DNA from: Eledone cirrhosa
Lineage: Eukaryota
Length of the DNA stretch: 64,000 bases
Direction of reading: 5' to 3'
Assembly: GCA_964016885.1 (NCBI GenBank)
Contig: OZ024752.1
Location: 46,934,001 to 46,998,000, forward strand
Each line of letters begins with the position of its first letter. Position 1 is the stretch's first letter. The notes beneath the pieces are model-generated. The model made no database searches. It was given only the letters and a program-made list of their open reading frames with translations, and was not told where the DNA came from. A program made the translations under genes and the position numbers. This document shows, piece after piece, positions 1 to 12,766 of this stretch.

Positions 1-587
1 TACATACATATATATAGACATTCATACATATATACATACATATATATATAGACATACATACATATATACATACATATATATATAGACATACATACATATA
101 TACATACATATATATACATATATATAGACATACATACATATAGTACAGTAGTACAGTATATGGAAGGTATATATTAGGTTAACACTTGATATAGCAGGAA
201 GAATACATATATATACATACATACATATCACTATATATATATACACATACATACATATATACACACACACATACATATATACATATATACATGCATACAT
301 ATATTCATATATGTATACATATATATATATATATATATATATAGACATACATACATATATATAGATATATACATATATACATGCACACATACATCTACAC
401 ATACACGCACACACCCCACACACACATATATACACGCATACACATATTTATATTTAAAACTACCATAACATTTAAACATGCAAATAAATAAATTCTATTA
501 TCTAGAGAGAGAGAGGGTTGTTAGACACATGGAAATCAAAAAGGTGCTCAGGGTTGTTGTTGGCAAGATGGTTAATAATATATATAT

Positions 588-3500
588 GGAGGCACATGGC
601 TTAGTGGTTAGAGCATTGGCCTTGCAATCGAAAGGTTGTGAGTTCAATTCTCGGACCGGGTGATGTGTTGTTTCCTTGAGCAAGACACTTTATTTCACAT
701 TGCTCCAGTTTACTCAGCTGTAGAAATGAGATGAAAGGGACTGGGGTCCCTATCATTCCACTGTAAAGTGGTCGTGGAGGTGCCACGGCAAAAAAGCACC
801 CAGCCCACACTGTAAAGTGGTCGTGGAGGTGCCACGGCAAAAAAGCACCCAGCACTCACTGTAAAGTGGTCGTGGAGGTGCCACGGCAAAAAAGCACCCA
901 GCACTCACTGTAAAGTGGTCGTGGAGGTGCCACGGCAAAAAAGCACCCAGCACTCACTGTAAAGTGGTCGTGGAGGTGCCACGGCAAAAAAGCACCCAGC
1001 ACTCACTGTAAAGTGGTCGTGGAGGTGCCACGGCAAAAAAGCACCCAGCCCACACTGTAAAGTGGTCGTGGAGGTGCCACGGCAAAAAAGCACCCAGCCC
1101 ACACTGTAAACTGGTCGTGGAGGTGCCACGGCAAAAAAGCACCCAGCCCACACTGTAAAGTGGTCGTGGAGGTGCCACGGCAAAAAAGCACCCAGCACTC
1201 ACTGTAAAGTGGTCGTGGAGGTGCCACGGCAAAAAAGCACCCAGCACTCACTGTAAAGTGGTCGTGGAGGTGCCACGGCAAAAAAGCACCCAGCCCACAC
1301 TGTAAAGTGGTCGTGGAGGTGCCACGGCAAAAAAGCACCCAGCCCACACTGTAAAGTGGTCGTGGAGGTGCCACGGCAAAAAAGCACCCAGCACTCACTG
1401 TAAAGTGGTCGTGGAGGTGCCACGGCAAAAAAGCACCCAGCACTCACTGTAAAGTGGTCGTGGAGGTGCCACGGCAAAAAAGCACCCAGCACTCACTGTA
1501 AAGTGGTCGTGGAGGTGCCACGGCAAAAAAGCACCCAGCACTCACTGTAAAGTGGTCGTGGAGGTGCCACGGCAAAAAAGCACCCAGCCCACACTGTAAA
1601 GTGGTCGTGGAGGTGCCACGGCAAAAAAGCACCCAGCACTCACTGTAAAGTGGTCGTGGAGGTGCCACGGCAAAAAAGCACCCAGCCCACACTGTAAAGT
1701 GGTCGTGGAGGTGCCACGGCAAAAAAGCACCCAGCACTCACTGTAAACTGGTCGTGGAGGTGCCACGGCAAAAAAGCACCCAGCACTCACTGTAAAGTGG
1801 TCGTGGAGGTGCCACGGCAAAAAAGCACCCAGCCCACACTGTAAAGTGGTCGTGGAGGTGCCACGGCAAAAAAGCACCCAGCCCACACTGTAAAGTGGTC
1901 GTGGAGGTGCCACGGCAAAAAAGCACCCAGCACTCACTGTAAAGTGGTCGTGGAGGTGCCACGGCAAAAAAGCACCCAGCACTCACTGTAAAGTGGTCGT
2001 GGAGGTGCCACGGCAAAAAAGCACCCAGCACTCACTGTAAAGTGGTCGTGGAGGTGCCACGGCAAAAAAGCACCCAGCCCACACTGTAAAGTGGTCGTGG
2101 AGGTGCCACGGCAAAAAAGCACCCAGCACTCACTGTAAAGTGGTCGTGGAGGTGCCACGGCAAAAAAGCACCCAGCCCACACTGTAAAGTGGTCGTGGAG
2201 GTGCCACGGCAAAAAAGCACCCAGCACTCACTGTAAAGTGGTCGTGGAGGTGCCACGGCAAAAAAGCACCCAGCACTCACTGTAAAGTGGTCGTGGAGGT
2301 GCCACGGCAAAAAAGCACCCAGCACTCACTGTAAAGTGGTCGTGGAGGTGCCACGGCAAAAAAGCACCCAGCCCACACTGTAAAGTGGTCGTGGAGGTGC
2401 CACGGCAAAAAAGCACCCAGCCCACACTGTAAAGTGGTCGTGGAGGTGCCACGGCAAAAAAGCACCCAGCACTCACTGTAAAGTGGTCGTGGAGGTGCCA
2501 CGGCAAAAAAGCACCCAGCCCACACTGTAAAGTGGTCGTGGAGGTGCCACGGCAAAAAAGCACCCAGCCCACACTGTAAAGTGGTCGTGGAGGTGCCACG
2601 GCAAAAAAGCACCCAGCACTCACTGTAAAGTGGTCGTGGAGGTGCCACGGCAAAAAAGCACCCAGCCCACACTGTAAAGTGGTCGTGGAGGTGCCACGGC
2701 AAAAAAGCACCCAGCACTCACTGTAAAGTGGTCGTGGAGGTGCCACGGCAAAAAAGCACCCAGCACTCACTGTAAAGTGGTCGTGGAGGTGCCACGGCAA
2801 AAAAGCACCCAGCCCACACTGTAAAGTGGTCGTGGAGGTGCCACGGCAAAAAAGCACCCAGCACTCACTGTAAAGTGGTCGTGGAGGTGCCACGGCAAAA
2901 AAGCACCCAGCACTCACTGTAAAGTGGTCGTGGAGGTGCCACGGCAAAAAAGCACCCAGCCCACACTGTAAAGTGGTCGTGGAGGTGCCACGGCAAAAAA
3001 GCACCCAGCACTCACTGTAAAGTGGTCGTGGAGGTGCCACGGCAAAAAAGCACCCAGCCCACACTGTAAACTGGTCGTGGAGGTGCCACGGCAAAAAAGC
3101 ACCCAGCCCACACTGTAAAGTGGTCGTGGAGGTGCCACGGCAAAAAAGCACCCAGCACTCACTGTAAAGTGGTCGTGGAGGTGCCACGGCAAAAAAGCAC
3201 CCAGCACTCACTGTAAAGTGGTCGTGGAGGTGCCACGGCAAAAAAGCACCCAGCCCACACTGTAAACTGGTCGTGGAGGTGCCACGGCAAAAAAGCACCC
3301 AGCCCACACTGTAAAGTGGTCGTGGAGGTGCCACGGCAAAAAAGCACCCAGCACTCACTGTAAAGTGGTCGTGGAGGTGCCACGACAAAAAAGCACCCAG
3401 CCCACACTGTAAAGTGGTCGTGGAGGTGCCACGGCAAAAAAGCACCCAGCCCACACTGTAAAGTGGTCGTGGAGGTGCCACGGCAAAAAAGCACCCAGCA

Positions 3501-5388
3501 CTCACTGTAAAGTGGTCGTGGAGGTGCCACGGCAAAAAAGCACCCAGCACTCACTGTAAAGTGGTCGTGGAGGTGCCACGGCAAAAAAGCACCCAGCACT
3601 CACTGTAAAGTGGTCGTGGAGGTGCCACGGCAAAAAAGCACCCAGCACTCACTGTAAAGTGGTCGTGGAGGTGCCACGGCAAAAAAGCACCCAGCACTCA
3701 CTGTAAAGTGGTCGTGGAGGTGCCACGGCAAAAAAGCACCCAGCACTCACTGTAAAGTGGTCGTGGAGGTGCCACGGCAAAAAAGCACCCAGCACTCACT
3801 GTAAAGTGGTCGTGGAGGTGCCACGGCAAAAAAGCACCCAGCACTCACTGTAAAGTGGTCGTGGAGGTGCCACGGCAAAAAAGCACCCAGCACTCACTGT
3901 AAACTGGTCGTGGAGGTGCCACGGCAAAAAAGCACCCAGCACTCACTGTAAAGTGGTCGTGGAGGTGCCACGGCAAAAAAGCACCCAGCACTCACTGTAA
4001 AGTGGTCGTGGAGGTGCCACGGCAAAAAAGCACCCAGCACTCACTGTAAAGTGGTCGTGGAGGTGCCACGGCAAAAAAGCACCCAGCACTCACTGTAAAG
4101 TGGTCGTGGAGGTGCCACGGCAAAAAAGCACCCAGCACTCACTGTAAAGTGGTCGTGGAGGTGCCACGGCAAAAAAGCACCCAGCACTCACTGTAAAGTG
4201 GTCGTGGAGGTGCCACGGCAAAAAAGCACCCAGCACTCACTGTAAAGTGGTCGTGGAGGTGCCACGGCAAAAAAGCACCCAGCACTCACTGTAAACTGGT
4301 CGTGGAGGTGCCACGGCAAAAAAGCACCCAGCACTCACTGTAAAGTGGTCGTGGAGGTGCCACGGCAAAAAAGCACCCAGCACTCACTGTAAAGTGGTCG
4401 TGGAGGTGCCACGGCAAAAAAGCACCCAGCCCACACTGTAAAGTGGTCGTGGAGGTGCCACGGCAAAAAAGCACCCAGCCCACACTGTAAAGTGGTCGTG
4501 GAGGTGCCACGGCAAAAAAGCACCCAGCACTCACTGTAAAGTGGTCGTGGAGGTGCCACGGCAAAAAAGCACCCAGCACTCACTGTAAAGTGGTCGTGGA
4601 GGTGCCACGGCAAAAAAGCACCCAGCCCACACTGTAAAGTGGTCGTGGAGGTGCCACGGCAAAAAAGCACCCAGCACTCACTGTAAACTGGTCGTGGAGG
4701 TGCCACGGCAAAAAAGCACCCAGCCCACACTGTAAAGTGGTCGTGGAGGTGCCACGGCAAAAAAGCACCCAGCACTCACTGTAAACTGGTCGTGGAGGTG
4801 CCACGGCAAAAAAGCACCCAGCCCACACTGTAAAGTGGTCGTGGAGGTGCCACGGCAAAAAAGCACCCAGCACTCACTGTAAACTGGTCGTGGAGGTGCC
4901 ACGGCAAAAAAGCACCCAGCCCACACTGTAAACTGGTCGTGGAGGTGCCACGGCAAAAAAGCACCCAGCCCACACTGTAAAGTGGTCGTGGAGGTGCCAC
5001 GGCAAAAAAGCAGCCAGCACTCACTGTAAAGTGGTCGTGGAGGTGCCACAGCAAAAAAGCACCCAGCACTCACTGTAAAGTGGTCGTGGAGGTGCCACGG
5101 CAAAAAAGCACCCAGCCCACACTGTAAACTGGTCGTGGAGGTGCCACGGCAAAAAAGCACCCAGCCCACACTGTAAACTGGTCGTGGAGGTGCCACGGCA
5201 AAAAAGCACCCAGCACTCACTGTAAAGTGGTCGTGGAGGTGCCATGGCAAAAAAGCAGCCAGCACTCACTGTAAATGAGGTTGGTGTTAGGAAGGGCATC
5301 CAGCTGTAGAAATCAAGCCAGAATCAGTTCCTGTCCCACCCTTGCAAGCAGGGAAAAGTGGACGTAAAATGATGATGATGATGATGAT
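588..5388 (+). mobile_element. tRNA-derived SINE (CORE-like central domain, RTE-type 3' tail) containing an expanded internal satellite
   Basis: Head with A box TGGCTTAGTGG and B box GTTCAATTC; ccttgagcaagacacttt core; tail cccacccttgcaagcagggaaaagtggacgtaaa(atg)n shared with RTE ends at ~16090 and ~49160. Confidence 0.85.
759..5275. repeat. 49-bp tandem array, 92 units
   Basis: Unit cactgtaaagtggtcgtggaggtgccacggcaaaaaagcacccagc(act/cca); (5267-759)/49 = 92. Confidence 0.98.
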
Positions 5389-5835
5389 GTGTGTGTATGT
5401 GTGTGTGTAATGTTTGTATGCCTGGATAGATATATGAAGGTGTGGCCATCATGCTTCATTGTCAGGTAAGTATGTATGGTATCATGCCTTCCTTCACCCA
5501 CCCTTGAATAATTGGTTTATAACACAATTGTCCCATTATTTCAGGTGGGTTAATTTACTGAAATATTTAACCTACCTAAGTCACACCCAATCTCATGTAA
5601 TAGATGAATCTTCCTGCCTGCAATTTCCTTCACTACACATGTATACATACATACCTGTATATATATATATATATATACATATATGTATGTTTCGTTCCAC
5701 CCTTGCAAGCAGGGAAAGGCAAACATAAAATGATGATGATGATGATGATGATGTGTGTATGTGTGTGCATATATATATATGTGTGTGAATGTATACGTAT
5801 ATATATGTGTATATATATATATATGTGTATGTGTA

Positions 5836-5961
<126 letters not shown>

Positions 5962-5968
5962 TAAACAC

Positions 5969-5999
<31 letters not shown>

Positions 6000-6039
6000 C
6001 ATAATACACATAACATAGAGGGTGACTGGAAATTCTTGT

Positions 6040-8020
6040 GTGACAACCTTTTGTGAAATACTGACAAGACTTGTGGCTGGAGTAAAGGTGATGCTCTATA
6101 AAGGAATAAAACTAAGGAACCAAGCTATGAAAGAGACAGAAAAATTTATAGCACAGCTAATTAGGGAAATAGTCAAACTTGATGAGATGCAGTTTGGTTT
6201 CATGCCTAGGAAAAGTACTACAAACTCCCTCTTCTTAGCAAGGCAGCTATATGAAAAGTTCCTAGCCAAAAATAAGCTGCTATATTTAGCTTTTGTTGAT
6301 CTTGAAAAGGCCTTTGATAGAGTACCTACATCTAGTATCTGGTGGTTTTTAAGAAATTAAGTGTAGAGGAATGCCTTGTGAGAGGAGTGCAAACCAGAGG
6401 AGCTGTCAGTAAAGTGAGAGTAGGAAGTGAGTTTAGTGAGGAATTCAAGGTACATGTAGAAGTTCATTAAGGTTCAGTTCTTAGTCCACTGTTGTTCATC
6501 ATAGTTCTCCAGGCCATAACAGAGGAGTTTAAAAATGGCTGTCCATAGAAACTTCTCTATGCAGATAATTTGCTCCTTATAGCTGAATCCATAAAAGAAC
6601 TAGAAAACAAGTTCCACCTATAGAAACAGAATTTGGAATCAAAAGGTCTGAGAGTAAACTTAGCCAAAAGTTAAGTGCTAGTGAGTAGGAAAGAAGATAC
6701 GACCCTGGTTCCCCCAAGGAAGTGACCCTGCTCCATTTGATGTACACATTGTAAATCTTGGGTACACAAAAGATGTAGTGGGATAATAGACTAACAGGAA
6801 GGGAAGACTTTGTATGTAGATGCACAGGGGTAATCGAGGGGAGGAGTGTCAGTGATATAAACCTTTTCCAGTCACAGGAAGGGTCTATAGAAGTGGTTGA
6901 TAGCTTCTGTTATTTTGGTGAATTAATTAGCAGTGGGGGAGGGTACTCTGAGAGCATAAAAGCTAGAATAAGGATAGGATGGAAGAAGTTTAGAGAGCTA
7001 CTCCCATGGTTGACTACAAAAGGTTTCTCCCTATGAACAAAAGGTCAACTGTATGATGCCTGTGTGTGAAGTACAATGCTGCATGGTAGTGAAACATGGG
7101 CAGTGACTGTAGAGGACATTGTATGTGCAATGTAAGTGTGAGAGAAAGGTAGAGCTTGGACAAGCTAATGGAGAAGTTGGATTTAAGAGGAGTCTGGGGT
7201 GGTGTGCTGGAGAGAAGACTGTGTTGGTACTGACATGAGATGATAGCAAAATCTGTAGCAGAATTAGAGAAGAAATTCCAGACTTGGAAGCAACCCTGGA
7301 ATCAAAAGGTCTTAAATTAAACTTAGCAAAAACTAAAGTCCTAGTAAGTTAACCCTTTAGTATTTAAACTGGCCGTATCCGGCCAGAATTCTCTCACCTC
7401 TCTCTGATCAAACCAGCTGTAACTGGCCGCTCATACCAATGTTAAGGTATTGTTAACATCAAAATCTTGTAGATTCGATATTACGTGAAATAAGTATGTA
7501 AGAAAAAGCCTTTACTGTGAAAATACAACAGTAAATATAGAGTAATGTAAATGCTAAAGGGCTAAAAAAGAAAACAGGGTCCTTAACCCTTCCTGGAAAT
7601 AGCCATGTTCAATATGCATGAAAAGAGTAGGTAGAAATTCCATTCTATGTACCAAATATAAACCATGAGAACACAAAATGTATCATGATCTTAGGCAGGC
7701 TGGCAAAGAATGTAGGCTTTGCTGGCACTGGAGTGGTAAGCAACAAAGTCTCACTCAAAACAAGTTCTCTCAAATGCTCTGATGGCTCCTTAGAAGTAGT
7801 TGACAATATATATGACCTAGATGATCAAATTAGTAGTGAACATGGTTGCTCTGAAAGTACATTAACCAGGATGATAACAGAGTGAAAAATGTTCAGGAAA
7901 CTACTACTACTACTGGCTACAAAGAATTTTCCCCTCAAAATGAAAAGAAGATTGTATAATGCTTGTATGCAAAGGACTTATGAAGACTCGAAGCAAATGA
8001 GGCATGCATGTTCCGATGGA
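6040..8020 (+). mobile_element. Degraded RTE-clade LINE reverse transcriptase fragments (two pieces, with a MITE inserted at ~7349-7563)
   Basis: QFGFMPRKSTT...AFVDLEKAFDRVP; GSVLSPLLFIIV; LLYADNL; stops and frameshifts. Confidence 0.88.
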
Positions 8021-8430
8021 TGTAATAATAATAATAATAATAATGAAATTATTGTGTACAGTGCTCAGGTGCACTACAACTCATCAAAGGTGCATGTATA
8101 GTACATAGAATAATGTACAAATGTCAGCAAAATGAACAGTGTACGAGTCATGAAATATATGCATGCGTGTATATGGAGGGGGTGACATCAGGTGTAGTGT
8201 TGGCAAATCTCAGGAAGCATGGAGGTTTTAAAGGATGCAGTGTCTCGACAGCTAACAACTGATGCAGGTAGATTGTTCCATGCTTCAGCAACTCTGAGCA
8301 TGAAAAAATGTTTCCGAAAATCGTGGGAGCTGTGTATGCATAAAAGACAAAGCACCAATGAACTGAGAAAAACACAGGGCATAAGAGGAATCAGATGCAG
8401 TATTAGAGTTTTCAATACACTTTACTGCCC

Positions 8431-8659
8431 TTAACCCTTTAGCATTTACATTACTCTATATATACTGTTGTATTTTCACAGTAAAGGCTTTACCGCACAT
8501 AATTATCTCACATAATATCGAATCTATGAGATTTTGATATTATTTATTTTGAGAACAATACCTTAAAATAAATATAAGCAGCCAGTTATAGCCTGTTTAA
8601 ACAGAAAGAGGCGAGAGAATTCTGCATGGATATGGCTGGTTTAAATGCTAAAGGGTTAA
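8431..8659. mobile_element. ~230-bp piggyBac-like TTAA MITE; other copies at ~7349, 11544, 11637, 17931, 18150, 21020, 28034, 32405, 34888, 55029, 56692, 59763 and 62594
   Basis: TTAA-CCCTTTAGCATTTA...TAAATGCTAAAGGG-TTAA termini and a shared interior. Confidence 0.92.
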
Positions 8660-8959
8660 TACACTTCTACAGTCTTCAATACACAGCTAGTACCCTCAAT
8701 ACAGTCCACAATATACCACTACAGTCCTCAATACACCACTACAACCCTCAATACACCACTACGGTCCTCAATACACCACTACAGTCCTCAAGAAACCACT
8801 ACTGTTCTCTATACTCTGCTATAACTCCCAACACCACTACAACCCTCAACATTATGAACTCTAATATAAATACTGTAAACAAACTACTTAACTGTTCCAC
8901 TTTTAAGTGGGGAATAAGAAATGGGGAACAAAAGGAAAAATAGAATTTTTACACTGAAG

Positions 8960-9365
8960 TTGGTGGCAGTAATAGTAATGGTGGTGGTGGTGGTGGTGGT
9001 GGTGGTGGTGGTGGTGGTGGTGGTGGTGGTGGTGGTGGTGGCAGTAATAGTAATACTGGTGGTGGTGGTGGTGGCAGTAATAGTAATACTGGTGGTGGTA
9101 GTGGGGGTGCTAATAGTAATACTGGTGGTGGTGGTGGGGGTGCTAATAGTAATACTGGTGGTGGTGGTGGGGGTGCTAATAGTAATACTGGTGGTGGTGG
9201 TGGGGGTGCTAATAGTAATACTGGTGGTGGTGGTGGGGGTGCTAATAGTAATACTGGTGGTGGTGGTGGGGGTGCTAATAGTAATACTGGTGCTGGTGGT
9301 GGTGGTGGTGGTGGTGGTGGTGGTGGTGGCAGTAATAGTAACACTGGTGGCGGTGGAGGTGGTAG
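8960..9365. repeat. (GGT)n/(AGT)n compound repeat with ~30-bp higher-order unit; similar tract at 21970-22320
   Basis: ggtggtggtggtgggggtgctaatagtaatact repeated. Confidence 0.9.
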
Positions 9366-9665
9366 AAGAGATATAGAAGTGGCAATATTTGAGCTGGTGA
9401 AGGTGAATTGTGAGGTTAATTAATTTGGATTTTTGATGGTGTTGGCGGTAGTGAGGCTAATTAGGACCTAATAATTACAACCGAAATTTATTTGGGGGGG
9501 GGGGGGGGGTCAAGTATGGACTGAGAATGGGATCCTGTCTTCTGGAGTGTTGTTGCTATTGTTGTTGATGTGGCTCACATCAATGTATGTTTAATAACCA
9601 TTGAAATTACATCTCATATGTGAGGTTTCTTGGTTGCTTTGATGATAGGGGACCCAGTTCTATCA

Positions 9666-9707
<42 letters not shown>

Positions 9708-9731
9708 TACACACATACAGACACTCACACA

Positions 9732-9776
<45 letters not shown>

Positions 9777-9949
9777 CTAACCCATGCTACCGTGGAAGAT
9801 GGACGTTAAACAATGATGATGATGATGATGATGATATATATATATAAATAATTACAACAGTGACATAAACCGGTACTCAATTTTCGTTGTGTTCTCTCAT
9901 TCAGCCCGTCATGAAAAAAAAAAAAAAAATATATATATGTATATATATA

Positions 9950-10444
9950 TAAAATAAAGTTAAATAAAAGTCAAATGATTAAAATTTAGCTTCGTTTATT
10001 ACTGCTATATATATTTCAGTGACAGCCATCTTTGGCTGTGACCTCTTCAGGCAGTTTGAATTAGTATGGTAGAGACAAGTACATATATTGACGAGTTGTA
10101 GTGCACCTGAGCACTTTACACAATAATTTCATTATTATTATTATATTATATGTTGTTTAGGTGTATGATATTGTCAATACTCTGATATGCCCAGTTCCTT
10201 GTTGGGTTGTTAATTCACTGGGGAACTGGAGTCATATTGAGTGAATTAACAACCCAACAAGGAACTGGGCATATCAGAGTATTGACAATATCATACACCT
10301 AAACAACATATGTACTTGTCTATACCATACTAATTCAAACTGCCTGAAGAGGTCACAGCCAAAGATGGCTGTCACTGAAATATATATAGCAGTAATAAAC
10401 GAAGCTAAATTTTAATCATTTGACTTTTATTTAACTTTATTTTA
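9950..10444. repeat. Fold-back palindrome, ~205-bp arms, 20-nt spacer; left arm interrupted by a ~60-bp CR1 tail
   Basis: 9950-10219 versus 10240-10444, one mismatch seen outside the insertion at ~10088-10147. Confidence 0.93.
10339..10393 (+). ncRNA. Minimal type I hammerhead motif (family B); mirror copy on - strand at 10001-10055
   Basis: actgc-CTGAAGA-ggtcacagcc aaagat ggctgtcact-GAAA-tatata-TA-gcagt, then AATAAA. Confidence 0.8.
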
Positions 10445-10536
10445 CACTACTCCGGAGTAACCAAACCAACCTGCGCACTTCGTCGAGTGCTCCAGCCTGC
10501 ATACTGAGGTGTTGGTATACAACCAACATAAACTCA

Positions 10537-10622
<86 letters not shown>

Positions 10623-10624
<2 letters not shown>

Positions 10625-10965
10625 AGGCACATGGCTTAGTGGTTAGAGCATTGGCCTTGCAATCGAAAGGTTGTGAGTTTAATTCTCAGACTGGGTGATG
10701 TGTTGTTTCCTTGAGCAAGACACTTTATTTCACATTGCTCCAATTTACTTAGCTGTAGAAATTAGATGATAGGGACTGCAGTCCCTATCATTCCACTGCA
10801 AAGTAGTCGTGGAGGTGCCACGGCAAAAAAGCATCCAGCCCACACTGTAAAGTGGTCATGGAGGTGCCATGGAAAAAAAAAGCACCCAGCACTCACTGTA
10901 AATGAGGTTGATGTTAGGAAGGGCATCCAGGTGTAGAAATCAAGCCAGAATCAATTCCCGTCCCA
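10623..10965 (+). mobile_element. Same SINE family, unexpanded copy with two 49-bp units; partial copies at ~13036-13295, ~55660-55880 and ~57150-57430
   Basis: Near-identical to 588-758 and 5276-5335. Confidence 0.88.
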
Positions 10966-11543
10966 TTTTTCTCGTTGCCATGGGTTAGACAAGTTATCCT
11001 GTTGTGAGCAATGCCAGGTCAAGTGACCATGTTATGCTCATACAGAACCGATTTTGGCTTGGTTTCTACAGCTGGAGGCCCTTCCTAGCCAGTGTGTTTT
11101 CATACTTGCCAGTGTGTATACATACTTGTTTGTGTGTATACATACTTGCCAGTGTGTATACATACTTGCCAGTGTGTATACATACTTGTTTGTGTGTATA
11201 CACTTGTCTCAATTTTTGAAGGAAAAATACTTGAATTTGCAGACCAGAAGCTGCAGAAATTACTTTATCACTCCCAACATATTTTGTCACCATCACCAAT
11301 GTCACGTCTACCACCAATCAAACAGGGCAGTGGATTCAGCATCGGTAGAGCGTCGAACACCATGCTTTGTATCATAGAGTTGCGGTCCTTTATGGTCTGA
11401 GTTAAAATCCCGCCGAGGTTAACTTTGCCTTTCATTCTTTCAGGGGTCGATAAAATAAAGTACCAGTAATGTACTGGGGTCGATTTAATCAACTTTCCCC
11501 TCCCCCAAAATTGCTGGGCTTGTGCCTATAGTAGGAACAAATA

Positions 11544-11997
11544 TTAACCCTTTAGCATTTAAACTGGCCATATCCGGCCAGAACTCTCTCACCTCTTTCG
11601 GTTCAAACCAGCTGTAACTGGTCACCCATATCTACATTAACCCTTTAACATTTACATTACTCTATATTTACTATTGTATTTTCACGGTAAACACTTTATT
11701 TTACATAGTTATCTCACATGATATGGAATCTATGAGATTTTGATATTATATATTTTGAGCACAATACCTTAACATCAGTATGAGTAGCTGGTTACAGCCG
11801 GTTTGAACAGAAAGAGGTGATAGAATTATGGTCGGATATGGTCAGTTTAAATACTAAAGGGTTAAGGTATTGTTCTCAAAATAAATAATATCAAAATTTC
11901 ATAGATTCAATATTATGTGAGATAATTATTTAAGACAAAGCCTTTATTGTCAAAATACAATAGTAAATATAGAATCATGTAAATGCTAAAGGGTTAA
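11544..11997. mobile_element. TTAA MITE with a second, oppositely oriented copy (11637-11865) nested in its internal TTAA
   Basis: Both TIR pairs visible; the outer element resumes at ggtattgttctc after 11865. Confidence 0.9.
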
Positions 11998-12081
11998 ACT
12001 TGTTTTTTTTTTTATTGCTATTGTTTTTAATTTATGTTAATTTATGTTAATTTATGTATATATGAATATTTTGTTTCCTAG

Positions 12082-12204
12082 AATGTCATAAACACTTTTA
12101 CAAAGACTGCCAATCATGAACGCTGTACATTTATTGGTAATGTTACAGTTGGAAGAGATGTAACCATTGAGCAACTGAGACAGGCTTACTCTGCTGTAGT
12201 CCTG
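12082..12204 (+). CDS. FDXR: NADPH:adrenodoxin oxidoreductase (ferredoxin reductase), internal exon, first one visible in the window
   Basis: ttcctag/...CTG|gtaaga; 123 nt, phase 0-0; [41 protein letters not shown], matching vertebrate NVINTFTQTA...[23 protein letters not shown]. Confidence 0.96.
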
Positions 12205-12508
12205 GTAAGACCTACATTAAAGTACTGCAGCATATATCATCATCGTTTAACGTCCATTTTCCACGCTAGCATGGGTCTGGACGGGAATTGTCCCACTTGA
12301 GGCAAGATTGGTTGTCTTGCGGGTTTTCTACGGCTGGATGCCCTTCCTAACACCAACCACGTTTACAGTGTGTACTGGGAGGTTTTTACCGTGCACACTG
12401 TATATATATATATACACGCACACACACACACAGACGTTAAGTATTTCCGAAGAAAAAGCAAAGGAAAAAAGAGTGCTCTATTTATAACACAGAGCTATTT
12501 AATTAGAA

Positions 12509-12582
12509 TATTTCATCTGATGAACGAACTAGACGTATGTTAATATTGTCTAGGGTGTCCTGAAACCTTTGGTAATGGAGTA
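12509..12582 (+). ncRNA. Type I hammerhead motif (family C)
   Basis: tatttcat-CTGATGA-(stem II containing tagac/gtcta)-GAAA-cc ttt gg-TA-atggagta; stem I 8 bp with two G-U pairs; GUA triplet; split relative at 47310-47520. Confidence 0.7.
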
Positions 12583-12690
12583 GTTATATATATTGTGTTG
12601 TTTACTTTCTATTACTTTCTAATTAAATAAATATATATATAATAAGAAAATGTGAAGTAGTTTCAGATGTTAAAGTCCTTTATTGATAAT

Positions 12691-12766
12691 GCTGTGATAC
12701 ATATTTCAATGATGACAGTGGCCACGCGAATTCTGCACATCCAGTGCCGTGATCTCATCAGACAGC
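12691..12766 (-). ncRNA. Type I hammerhead motif (family D)
   Basis: Minus strand gctgt-CTGATGA-(long imperfect stem II)-GAAA-tatgta-TC-acagc, followed by AATAAA. Confidence 0.7.

Noticed and set aside
22-479. YI/CV-rich ORFs here and at ~5550-6067, 14030-14362, 20124-20901, 38133-39027, 44379-44634 and 61788-62139
   Set aside because: Translations of (TA)n, (TACA)n and (CA)n microsatellites.
588-660. tRNA gene
   Set aside because: A/B boxes are present but no full cloverleaf, and the sequence continues into a SINE body repeated elsewhere in the window.
759-5275. CRISPR-like array of palindromic repeats, and 97-440 aa ORFs on the minus strand
   Set aside because: Units are head-to-tail with no unique spacers, derive from a SINE, and lie in eukaryotic DNA without cas genes. 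The ORFs are translations of the 49-bp repeat.
8921-9376. Poly-Val/poly-Pro or Gly-rich ORFs (also 21870-22364 and 30535-31110)
   Set aside because: Trinucleotide and minisatellite repeats with no exon context.
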